Shown: piece after piece, positions 23,901 to 31,183 of the stretch
How the letters are laid out: the number at the start of each line of letters is the position of its first letter
Position numbering within the stretch: the first letter of the stretch is position 1
Origin: a virus
Length of the DNA: 35,279 nucleotides
Direction: 5' to 3' (one strand)
IMG/VR virus record: IMGVR_UViG_3300029567_000036
Location: 1 to 35,279 of that record
The notes under the pieces: model-generated
The model's input: the letters and a program-made list of their open reading frames with translations, nothing else
What the model was told of the DNA's origin: nothing
Databases searched by the model: none
Translations under genes and position numbers: made by a program

Positions 23901-25169
23901 CTATGTCCTCCTTGTTACGATCCGCCCCAGCGCCGTACTTACAAAGTAACGCATAGCGTCCATAGCGTGGTCGTCCTGTTTGACCGGTTCGTCCCGGCCC
24001 ACCTCCGCCGCTTTGTCATACCAACGGTAGGCGTAAAATTCCGCAATGGTACGGGTGCAGTCCTTGCTGAACAGCAGATCCGCCCGCTGCAATAGCGTAC
24101 ATACGGTACGGATTCCATCCAGCACCGCGTTATCCGCCTTTAATACCTTGAGCCCCCGCCTTTGCAGTTCTGTAATGAAAGAGGCCGCCGAAGGGTCAAC
24201 CACTACGCAGGTATACGGCGTATCGCCGATAAAGGCCATCATCTCGTCCGCATACTCTGCGTCCGTTCTTTGTTTATGGTTCTCTCGCCCGGAATAGTAA
24301 TATTCCTTGGTGCATAGCCATTTGCCATGGTATTTGCGCCACATCAGGAACACCGTAGGGTTTAGCGTACCGTAGTCCACACTGATATAGGCAGAACCTT
24401 GCAGTTCACTCTCCGGCGGCAGCGGAATACAGTGCCGCCTTTCGTCAAACATATCGTAGATCAGGCCCTCTGCCACTTTCCATTCGCCCAGGATATACCG
24501 AGCATAAAAAACGCCCGCGTACATCGTTCTGTACCGGGCTTTGACCTCCTCTGTCAAGGACAAGTTATCGTCCATCGTAAAGTGAAGGTAGAGTATTCGC
24601 TTTTCTTGCCGCTTCTCCGGCAGGATCCATTCTTCATAAAACCAGTGGTGTGGGTTATCCGGGTTGCAGTTGAACCAGAATTTTGCACCACTGACAGAGC
24701 ACCGGGCGGTGGCCTGCTGCACAAAGGACTGGGGCATTAAAGCCACCTCGTCAAAGAACACACCAGCCAGGGTCATACCCTGGATCAGATCCTGGCTGCT
24801 TTCGTCCTTGCCGCCAAAAATATAAAATGCGTTTTCCGTACCACCCCGCGTCACCACAAGCACATTGTCGCTACGGCTGTATTTTACCTGATACCCGCGA
24901 CTTTGCAGCATTGCAGGCAGAAAAGAAAGCACATTCCGGCGAAAGGAGCTGATCGTCTTACCGCACATGGCAAAGTTCATGCCGCTGTAGGTACTCATAG
25001 CCCACAGAATATAGCTAAGCGCCATACTCACCGTCTTACCGGATCGTATAGCGCCGTCTGCAATTATTCCGTTTTTGTCGCTCACAGGTGACGTTTTGCA
25101 CCACCAGGTGAGCACCTGGAGCTGCTTGGCGGAGAATGGCTGAAAATGAAAGGTACTTATTCTTCCCAT
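23901..25169 (-). CDS. terL: Terminase large subunit
   Basis: Walker A GAIRSGKT and PBSX-like TerL organisation. It overlaps the 3' end of terS. Confidence 0.85.
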   Translation of the reverse strand: MGRISTFHFQPFSAKQLQVLTWWCKTSPVSDKNGIIADGAIRSGKTVSMALSYILWAMSTYSGMNFAMCGKTISSFRRNVLSFLPAMLQSRGYQVKYSRSDNVLVVTRGGTENAFYIFGGKDESSQDLIQGMTLAGVFFDEVALMPQSFVQQATARCSVSGAKFWFNCNPDNPHHWFYEEWILPEKRQEKRILYLHFTMDDNLSLTEEVKARYRTMYAGVFYARYILGEWKVAEGLIYDMFDERRHCIPLPPESELQGSAYISVDYGTLNPTVFLMWRKYHGKWLCTKEYYYSGRENHKQRTDAEYADEMMAFIGDTPYTCVVVDPSAASFITELQRRGLKVLKADNAVLDGIRTVCTLLQRADLLFSKDCTRTIAEFYAYRWYDKAAEVGRDEPVKQDDHAMDAMRYFVSTALGRIVTRRT

Positions 25170-25570
25170 ACCTGTTCACCCGCTTTCTGCTCCAAGGCTT
25201 CCAAGAAGCCATCGTCCGTCTGTTCATCTTCATGCCCTCGGGCCAATTCAAAGTGACGCAGAAGCTCTGCCAGGGCTTTCACCCGATCAGAGGTATTCGG
25301 CGGCTTCGCCGTCTCTGCAAACCCGATGGAGCACAGTGCGTTCAGCACATCCGTTGCGGTGAAATCCAACTTGTCCAGCTTTCGCTTTTCCAGGTCAGCG
25401 ATAAATTTTTTTACCTTATCATTTCTTAGCAATCGGCTTGCTTGGCTTTCTGCGCTCCCGGGCGCCTTACAATTTGGGTAAGCAGCCTGGTAGGACCGTT
25501 TCCCATTATGGTCGAGCACATATTCATAACAGAACAACCTTTGTTTAGGTGTTAAGGTCTCTTTACCCAT
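25157..25570 (-). CDS. terS: Terminase small subunit
   Basis: LTPKQRLFCYEYVLDHNGKRSYQAAY...SQASRLL is typical of the Terminase_2 family. ATG 25570 lies 6 nt after AGGAGGTG. Confidence 0.8.
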   Translation of the reverse strand: MGKETLTPKQRLFCYEYVLDHNGKRSYQAAYPNCKAPGSAESQASRLLRNDKVKKFIADLEKRKLDKLDFTATDVLNALCSIGFAETAKPPNTSDRVKALAELLRHFELARGHEDEQTDDGFLEALEQKAGEQVWEE

Positions 25571-25610
25571 GCTGCTCACCTCCTTTGTAATAATTGCGGA
25601 TTATATGCTG

Positions 25611-26108
25611 TTATTTTTTCTGTTTGCTGTCTGGGAAAAATTCATCCAGTATTTCAAGCCGAATTCTATTTTTGCGGGTTGCTTTCTCAAAACACCGCTG
25701 GCAAATCAGTATAATCACTGCTGCTATTGCTGAAGCAACTACAACCACGCCGAATATCTCAATATGACTATTCTGAATGTCACTCATCTTCTGTTGTATC
25801 TTTTGAATTATTCCAGCATAGTTTGAGTATTCTTTAAGCAATGTTTGAAACTGATCTTTCAAAATGTCATAAATCTTACTTTGAAAGACTGCAAACCATG
25901 AAAATATCATCGATATTACAGAAATCGTCAAAGGAGTAGTGTTTATCGCGGTTTTCTCTTCGGCCTCTGCTAAAATGCGTTCGCGTCGGCGTTCCGCCGG
26001 AGAAAGGTTAGTCAGTTCCATCTTGATCTTTTCATACTCTCGAACTTTACGATTTTTCCGTTTCTTCTTCTGCTGCTTGCCTAAAGGTTTTTTAGAGCGT
26101 TTACGCAT
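25611..26108 (-). CDS. AT-rich hypothetical membrane protein with a highly basic N-terminus and two TM segments
   Basis: MRKRSKKPLGKQQKKKRKNRK... with TM segments TPLTISVISMIFSWFAVF and IFGVVVVASAIAAVIILIC. It has its own extended -10 promoter and a terminator upstream. It is visibly lower in GC than its neighbours. Confidence 0.6.
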   Translation of the reverse strand: MRKRSKKPLGKQQKKKRKNRKVREYEKIKMELTNLSPAERRRERILAEAEEKTAINTTPLTISVISMIFSWFAVFQSKIYDILKDQFQTLLKEYSNYAGIIQKIQQKMSDIQNSHIEIFGVVVVASAIAAVIILICQRCFEKATRKNRIRLEILDEFFPDSKQKK

Positions 26109-26139
26109 GTATTTGTTTTCCCCCCTTTCGCTCACCATA

Positions 26140-26148
26140 ATTATAGCA
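26140..26148 (-). promoter_or_regulatory. Extended -10 promoter (TGcTATAAT) for the membrane-protein gene
   Basis: The minus strand reads gatgTGcTATAATtatggtg. Confidence 0.45.
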
Positions 26149-26202
26149 CATCTGAAAACAGGCCTCGTAATAACCGCATTTTAGGAAGGGAAAGCACAAA
26201 TG

Positions 26203-26238
26203 CAAAAACCAAAGAGCGCACCGTTTGGAGCGCTCTTT
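26203..26238 (-). terminator. Rho-independent terminator between the late regulator and the packaging genes
   Basis: On the minus strand, aaagagcgc, loop tccaaacggt, gcgctcttt, followed by ggttttt. Confidence 0.7.
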
Positions 26239-26256
26239 CAATCTGTTTGGCAGTTT

Positions 26257-26293
26257 ATACTATAACACAGACGGCAACCTGCATACTATAACA
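26257..26293 (-). repeat. Two direct copies of TGTTATAGTAT (extended -10-like), 26 bp apart
   Basis: The plus strand has atactataaca at 26257..26267 and 26283..26293. On the minus strand each reads TGtTATAGT. Confidence 0.6.
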
Positions 26294-26319
26294 TCAACAT
26301 GCATTGCATAGTGGTTTTT

Positions 26320-26733
26320 TTAATTTTCGCATTCCAGCATATCCAGGGACTGCGGATGAATGCGAGAGACCAGGTGATTGTATGTAATATCTTCATCTAC
26401 AGCGATCTTCTCAAAAGTGTCACCGTTCAAATACCGCCGACGCAACACACGCCGGTGCAACGGACTGCGCACCTGCTCAATAGCAGTCTCAATTTCTGCC
26501 CGCTGCAACAGAGCAAGCTGGACTTGTTGGTCCAGCTTCTCTTTCAGTTCTATAATGCGATCTACCGTCAAGGTAAAATCTGCCCGCTGCCCGCCTCCCG
26601 GTGTGGGAGAGAGGGAAGCCGTGATCTTTTGCGCCCGGCTGTTCAGTTCTTCGATCTCCTGTTGTGTAATCTCAACCTCCGCCCAGCACTCCCGATAGCG
26701 TTGCAGCCATTCCTTCTTTTCGTTGTTCGTCAT
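26320..26733 (-). CDS. Putative late-gene transcriptional regulator (sigma-70 region-4-like; DUF1492/ArpU/RinA-like)
   Basis: Lies just upstream of the packaging genes. The C-terminal RRVLRRRYLNGDTFEKIAVDEDITYNHLVSRI resembles a region-4 HTH. RBS AGGAGG. Confidence 0.55.
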   Translation of the reverse strand: MTNNEKKEWLQRYRECWAEVEITQQEIEELNSRAQKITASLSPTPGGGQRADFTLTVDRIIELKEKLDQQVQLALLQRAEIETAIEQVRSPLHRRVLRRRYLNGDTFEKIAVDEDITYNHLVSRIHPQSLDMLECEN

Positions 26734-26757
26734 TTTTCCTCCTGCTTTTTATTCCGC

Positions 26758-26850
26758 TCATTTCTTAAAGTTCGGACCAAAGCCGATCACGCCGAAAAAT
26801 GCAACAATGACCGCCCCGGCCACAAGAATAATTTGTGCTGCTGTACACAT
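26758..26850 (-). CDS. 30-aa hydrophobic micropeptide translationally coupled to dut (not in the track)
   Basis: MCTAAQIILVAGAVIVAFFGVIGFGPNFKK. RBS GGGAGGTGA is formed by the last codons and the stop of dut. Confidence 0.5.
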   Translation of the reverse strand: MCTAAQIILVAGAVIVAFFGVIGFGPNFKK

Positions 26851-26855
26851 CCTGC

Positions 26856-27266
26856 TCACCTCCCTGTGCTCCCGAACCCGCCATTTCCGCGTTCGGTGTC
26901 TGCCAGCTTGTCCACCAGTACCAACTCCGGAGTGTCGATCTTGACCACCACCAGCTGGCTGATTTTGTCCCCACGGCGTACAGAGTAATCCATACCGCTG
27001 TGATTGTACAGCTTGACGGTAATGCTGCCGGTGTAGCCCACATCAACCACGCCCTCGCTGGTGATTCCGTATTTCATATTCAGTCCGCTTTTTGATTTGA
27101 GAAAGCCTGCTGTATTTGGCGGCAACTCAATATGTACGCCTGTGTCAATGGTCACCGCTCCGTGTGCTGGAATTACCGTGTCCACCGGTGACAGCAGGTC
27201 AAGCCCCGCATCCGTATCATGTGCTCTCACAGGCATTAACGCCTGCTTGTCAAGTTGAATGTTCAT
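26856..27266 (-). CDS. dut: dUTP diphosphatase (trimeric dUTPase)
   Basis: Contains AHDTDAGLDL, GVVDVGYTG, RGDKISQLV and ERGNGGFGSTGR. Confidence 0.9.
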   Translation of the reverse strand: MNIQLDKQALMPVRAHDTDAGLDLLSPVDTVIPAHGAVTIDTGVHIELPPNTAGFLKSKSGLNMKYGITSEGVVDVGYTGSITVKLYNHSGMDYSVRRGDKISQLVVVKIDTPELVLVDKLADTERGNGGFGSTGR

Positions 27267-27412
27267 TCTTCCACCTCGCTGTTAAGCCATTCTTCTATAA
27301 ATGGAATACATTCAGCACGTTCTTCAACATTGAGGCAACATGCAACTATCGAGTTAATGAGTTTTGCCATTTCCTCAATACTCATATTTTTGTTTCGCTC
27401 GTAATTTGTCAT
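27263..27412 (-). CDS. Hypothetical 49-aa protein (not in the track)
   Basis: MTNYERNKNMSIEEMAKLINSIVACCLNVEERAECIPFIEEWLNSEVEE, with RBS AGGAGG and an ATGA overlap with the dut start. Confidence 0.5.
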   Translation of the reverse strand: MTNYERNKNMSIEEMAKLINSIVACCLNVEERAECIPFIEEWLNSEVEE

Positions 27413-27528
27413 TTCTGTGCCTCCTTTCTTTTCCTAAAACAAGTCCATATTTCCGCATATTTTTCACAAGGTTTAAAGCCTTTGTTTTTACTGCACAGTT
27501 CATAATGAATACAATCTTTGCAAGTCAT
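27409..27528 (-). CDS. Hypothetical 39-aa Cys-rich protein (not in the track)
   Basis: MTCKDCIHYELCSKNKGFKPCEKYAEIWTCFRKRKEAQK, with an ATGA overlap with the next ORF. Confidence 0.45.
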   Translation of the reverse strand: MTCKDCIHYELCSKNKGFKPCEKYAEIWTCFRKRKEAQK

Positions 27529-27551
27529 TTTTCATTCATCCTTTCCAACGC

Positions 27552-28112
27552 TTATATCTCATCCCCAAAAGAGTTCCAGCCTTTTCGGGTGTTTCTTGCA
27601 AATAACTCCACCTTGGAACAGTTAGGGAACATATCTTCAATCATTTTGTAAGCGATTTCGGGCTTTTTGGAATGGCTTGTTGAGTGTTCTCGCAAAACAG
27701 TGGTATATTTGCCACGATATTCTTTGATTGGCATAAGAATTTTTCCTTTTTTGTAAAACCACAATAAATATTCGTGCGAGTATCTTACAGTAAACGCAGG
27801 AGCAACGCCGTTTTCTTTATCCCATATAATACGAGCGTGCAATTCATACCCTAACTCTCGCATAAATTTTTCCGTTTGCGGTAAAAACTTGTCAATCGTC
27901 CACATAAAGACATTGTGTTTTTCTGCGGTGTTATTAACGAGAAATTGTTTGTGCAGCTCTTTTATATCGCCGAGGTTCATGGTCTTATAATCAAGCTCTT
28001 TGCCTTGATTTGGTCTGCATTTTCTTGTATTGCCTTTTTTCTGCTGCCACGGCGGGTCGGAGTATATAATTTCATATTTTTCCGTATGTTTTTTTAGATT
28101 ATCAATAATCAC
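27552..28112 (-). CDS. MT-A70 family N6-adenine DNA methyltransferase
   Basis: Contains the IIYSDPPWQQKK (DPPW) motif. GTG start overlaps the mini-ORF stop (GTGA). Confidence 0.8.
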   Translation of the reverse strand: MIIDNLKKHTEKYEIIYSDPPWQQKKGNTRKCRPNQGKELDYKTMNLGDIKELHKQFLVNNTAEKHNVFMWTIDKFLPQTEKFMRELGYELHARIIWDKENGVAPAFTVRYSHEYLLWFYKKGKILMPIKEYRGKYTTVLREHSTSHSKKPEIAYKMIEDMFPNCSKVELFARNTRKGWNSFGDEI

Positions 28113-28177
28113 TCTTTTTCATCCTTTCCAAGTTTTAAGGCGTGCAGATACGCTATTTCAAAATCAAACTTTTTCAT
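28109..28177 (-). CDS. 22-aa mini-ORF upstream of the methylase, homologous to the C-terminus of the 33670..33975 product
   Basis: MKKFDFEIAYLHALKLGKDEKE, with AAGGAG 6 nt upstream. Compare ...DFDVAYLHALKLGKDNDNE. Confidence 0.35.
   Translation of the reverse strand: MKKFDFEIAYLHALKLGKDEKE
28122..28165. repeat. Dispersed 44-bp repeat, copy A (40/44 identical to 33686..33729)
   Basis: Shared 23-nt core agttttaaggcgtgcagatacgc (28131..28153 and 33695..33717). Confidence 0.85.
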
Positions 28178-28180
28178 TTT

Positions 28181-28408
28181 TTACTCCTTTAACTTCCTCG
28201 GCTGGTCTGGAAGCTCTCGCCAATGAGTAACAGACTCAATTTCTGCTCCACGCATATCGTGCCAAATTCGTGAAGCTGGGGCATACCAACCGCAATACAC
28301 TTCTCTTGTTTCAAGACACACAATTACATCTCTATATGAGTCCGGTAAACTCTCATTTATGCTGATCCAGCCGTCCGGCCGGTTAAAACTTGTCATTCCT
28401 GTACACAT
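28181..28408 (-). CDS. DUF551-like phage protein
   Basis: Contains GWISINESLP...VTHWRELPDQP, the typical DUF551 pattern. Confidence 0.6.
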   Translation of the reverse strand: MCTGMTSFNRPDGWISINESLPDSYRDVIVCLETREVYCGWYAPASRIWHDMRGAEIESVTHWRELPDQPRKLKE

Positions 28409-28420
28409 TGTCCGTCCCCC

Positions 28421-28795
28421 TTATCCGTCTACATGCAATAAAATGCAGGGCTTCCAGAAATCATCGTACTCATTGACTGTTTGTTCCACGAGGGTATTGA
28501 ATTCATCGTCTGACAGATCCCGGTACTGTTCTTCTCCAGCCAGAACATTTTCCACATCGTCTTCAAAGTCATCCCTGTCTGTGTAGCACTTACACTCGTC
28601 AATTTGCTGTCCGCAGTCAAGAAATTCTCCTTTTTTCGCACTTACATAGCTGCAACTCATATAAGAATAGTCACCGTTGTTCGCATTGTCTCCTGCAAAT
28701 ACCAAAATCGGCAAATCCGGGTTTTCTACAATGAGCTGTTTTAGTTCATCTGCTGAGTGCAGCAGACCGGTCGGTTTTCTTTCTTCGCGAGTCAT
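28421..28795 (-). CDS. Hypothetical strongly acidic 124-aa protein
   Basis: ATG 28795 has RBS AAGGAG. D/E-rich stretches include DRDDFEDDVENVLAGEEQYRDLSDDEF. Confidence 0.55.
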   Translation of the reverse strand: MTREERKPTGLLHSADELKQLIVENPDLPILVFAGDNANNGDYSYMSCSYVSAKKGEFLDCGQQIDECKCYTDRDDFEDDVENVLAGEEQYRDLSDDEFNTLVEQTVNEYDDFWKPCILLHVDG

Positions 28796-28808
28796 TATTT
28801 TTCTCCTT

Positions 28809-29120
28809 TCAATCTTCATACCACTTCTTGTGACAAACCGGGCAAAAGTCCGTGTCCAGCACAAACGGCTTACCGCAAACAGGGCAGTCCTCGTCAAACT
28901 GCACTAACATTACGCTGCGATGATCTTCCGGAGGTGTCCAATCGCCTCCAACAACACACGCCGTTGCATATACGCCCTCGGAGATAAACTGCCCAGTTGT
29001 TCTCGCAAGATCAGCAGCGTAATTTTTGATTTCAACCAGCGTTGGCTGCCTCTGGCTTCCGGTGAAGATGATTGCCGTGCCATCTTCATTCCATTCGTGC
29101 GTTATTTTGTTTTTTGCCAT
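28809..29120 (-). CDS. Hypothetical protein with a C-terminal zinc ribbon (CPVCG...CPVCH)
   Basis: ORF with two CPVC motifs. Confidence 0.55.
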   Translation of the reverse strand: MAKNKITHEWNEDGTAIIFTGSQRQPTLVEIKNYAADLARTTGQFISEGVYATACVVGGDWTPPEDHRSVMLVQFDEDCPVCGKPFVLDTDFCPVCHKKWYED

Positions 29121-29275
29121 TCCTTTTCCCTTCCATTCTCGCAGCTGTACTGCCCCCTGTGTATCGTCTTACCGTCCGGTGCCAGGTGTTTGCGGCAGCC
29201 ATATTCATTGCTGCCCAAGTTGCGGCCATACTGGCAGCGATCACAGCGCACATAGAATGCACATTGTTCAGCCAT
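29102..29275 (-). CDS. Hypothetical 57-aa Cys-rich protein
   Basis: MAEQCAFYVRCDRCQYGRNLG..., with RBS GGAGGG and an ATGGCTGA overlap with the rusA stop. Confidence 0.45.
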   Translation of the reverse strand: MAEQCAFYVRCDRCQYGRNLGSNEYGCRKHLAPDGKTIHRGQYSCENGREKEWQKTK

Positions 29276-29708
29276 CTGTCCGTGCCCTCCAGTTCCGCAG
29301 CTCGACCTCCACATAGCCATCCAAATCATAGGTCTTGAGCACTTGCAGCTCCACCACCTGCTTGTCATCCGGGTAGGCCAGGCCGTTCAATGCATCCAGC
29401 ACGATCTTGGCGATGTTGTCCGTGTCCGGCTTTTTGGTGGGCAGCACACTGCCGGCCATCATCTCCACCTTGCGCTTTTTGCTGGAACTCTTGGGAATGC
29501 CAAACGCTGCAATGATTGTTGCACTGACCGGCTCGTCCACAGCGAAGGCCATCAGATCTCCATATTCCTGCCGGTAGCAGAACCGCACCTCTTCCTCGTA
29601 GTCCTTGGTCTTCCTGGGCGTATATGTAGCAATATGGTCACCCCGGCACACAGCCCGGTGCCGTCCCTTGCCCTGGGGCTCTCCCGATATCGTCAATCGT
29701 ACCATCAT
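29268..29708 (-). CDS. rusA: RusA-family Holliday junction resolvase
   Basis: Contains ISGEPQGKGRHR, TYTPRKTKDYE and KPDTDNIAKIVLDALNG. Confidence 0.8.
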   Translation of the reverse strand: MMVRLTISGEPQGKGRHRAVCRGDHIATYTPRKTKDYEEEVRFCYRQEYGDLMAFAVDEPVSATIIAAFGIPKSSSKKRKVEMMAGSVLPTKKPDTDNIAKIVLDALNGLAYPDDKQVVELQVLKTYDLDGYVEVELRNWRARTDG

Positions 29709-30019
29709 CTTGCTGTCACCAGCCTTTCATAAATCTGCTGGGCCATTGCTGCCGTGGCCAGCTCTTCATCGCCGTGAGCGTTCAGCCGCTTGGCGTACCG
29801 CAGCAGCGGCTCCGGATTGTTCTCATCCACCAGCATGTACCCAAAGTCACCGGTGACGATGGGCACGCCCTGTTCCTGCATAGTCTTACGCTCCGATCTC
29901 AGATCCCGCTCGCTAATGCGCGTCCGCCGCGCTAACTCTTTGCCCCTCACCGGCATGCCGGGCGGGATCAGTGCGTCATAGATCAACGCCTGCCGTGGTG
30001 TCAGTTTGTTCAGTTCCAT
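29705..30019 (-). CDS. Hypothetical winged-helix-like DNA-binding protein
   Basis: LTPRQALIYDAL...VRGKELARRTRISERDLR is an HTH-like segment. Confidence 0.45.
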   Translation of the reverse strand: MELNKLTPRQALIYDALIPPGMPVRGKELARRTRISERDLRSERKTMQEQGVPIVTGDFGYMLVDENNPEPLLRYAKRLNAHGDEELATAAMAQQIYERLVTAR

Positions 30020-30028
30020 AGGCTCCTC

Positions 30029-30763
30029 CTAAAACTTGATGTCTGTGTTGTTCATGGTGTCCCGCTTGATCTGCTCCAGGTCGTAAGACGGCGGGCTTTG
30101 CAGTGCTCCGCTGTTCTTCCTGTCCTCTGCGCCCCACTTCTGCAAAACAGAGAAGTGGTCGTAATAGGTCTTGTGTGTGTTGTGAATGTGGAAGGACAAG
30201 TTTTTGATCAGTCGCTGCCAGTCAAGTGGGAATTGCTTTTTCAGCTTCGCATATTCCTCATCGGTTAATCGCACATTCTTAAACTCGCCATATAATTTTG
30301 CAGGCGTGCACGCGCTCGCGCGCTCTCTCCCTTCTCTCATTCTTTCATTCTTGCATTCTTGTTTATAGAAAGCGCTTGTTATTTGATTGTTATCTGTTTG
30401 TTGTTTGTTTGTTATTTGATTGTTATCTGTTTGTTGCCTATCGTTTTCCAACCCTTGATATTTGGCGTAGTTACGCAGAATAATAACGGTATTTTTGTTT
30501 GTTACATTCTTGAAAATCTCGCCAGTTTTTTGAAGGTGTTTCAGCGCCGTTCTCACTTGCATATCTGACAGCCCGCTACCGCTTGCCAAAGCGCTGATGG
30601 AGGTTACCACGGAGCCGCTGCTCAGCGTTTGGCCTCGCCATTGCTGCGGCTCCCTGTTGACGATAAGCAATAAATGCAAGAACAGCTTGAATGTGGGTAC
30701 ATCGGTGTACCACTCCCAATCCAGCAGTTGCCGGTAGGCTTTCACCCAACCCTGATTGCTCAT
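30029..30763 (-). CDS. Phage replisome organizer / replication initiator (DnaD-like N-terminal winged helix)
   Basis: Contains GWVKAYRQLLDWEWYTDVPTFKLFLHLLL...LSDMQVRTALKHLQKTGEI, plus an internal tandem repeat. Confidence 0.65.
   Translation of the reverse strand: MSNQGWVKAYRQLLDWEWYTDVPTFKLFLHLLLIVNREPQQWRGQTLSSGSVVTSISALASGSGLSDMQVRTALKHLQKTGEIFKNVTNKNTVIILRNYAKYQGLENDRQQTDNNQITNKQQTDNNQITSAFYKQECKNERMREGRERASACTPAKLYGEFKNVRLTDEEYAKLKKQFPLDWQRLIKNLSFHIHNTHKTYYDHFSVLQKWGAEDRKNSGALQSPPSYDLEQIKRDTMNNTDIKF
30378..30436. repeat. Tandem iteron-like repeat (26-nt exact repeat, 33-bp period) inside the replication gene; candidate origin
   Basis: gttatttgattgttatctgtttgttg occurs at 30378..30403 and 30411..30436. 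It is flanked by three cattctt 8-mers (about 30338..30361) and an alternating CG block (30305..30325). Confidence 0.6.
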
Positions 30764-30772
30764 ATCTACTCC

Positions 30773-31183
30773 TTAAAACGGCAGGTCGTCGTCATCATCA
30801 ATGGGCTCAAACTCTGCGTCATCTGCCGGTGCGCTGCCTGTGGTCGCCTGTGCGCCACTCTCTGCCTTTGAGCCGCAGAAGGACACCTGGCTGGCCACCA
30901 GCTGCACGCTCTTGCGTTTCTCGCCGTTCTGGTCCGTATAGTTGTCTGTCTGCAAAGAACCCTCAACGGCGATCATAGAGCCTTTATGGAAGTATTTGCA
31001 CACAAATTCTGCCGTCTGCCGCCAGGCGGTGCAGTCAATAAAGTCCGTCTTGCGCTCCTCGCCGGCCCGCTGAAAGTTGCGGTCCACAGCTACCTGAAAA
31101 CGCACGACAGAAACGCCTGTGGGCGTGGCTCTCAGCTCCGGTTCGTAGGTCAGTCGACCCATAATTACAACGCTGTTAATCAT
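30773..31183 (-). CDS. ssb: Single-stranded DNA-binding protein
   Basis: OB-fold N-terminus (VVIMGRLTYEPELR...FIDCTAWRQTAE) and the C-terminal tip DDDDDLPF. Confidence 0.9.
   Translation of the reverse strand: MINSVVIMGRLTYEPELRATPTGVSVVRFQVAVDRNFQRAGEERKTDFIDCTAWRQTAEFVCKYFHKGSMIAVEGSLQTDNYTDQNGEKRKSVQLVASQVSFCGSKAESGAQATTGSAPADDAEFEPIDDDDDLPF

Noticed and set aside
22826-23956. 376-aa plus-strand ORF
   Set aside because: Antisense shadow of the portal gene, with no RBS or partner genes on that strand.
26323-26330. Extra copy of ATTTTCGC at the 3' end of the late regulator gene
   Set aside because: A single 8-mer occurrence is expected by chance. It is not linked to the ant-island motif cluster.
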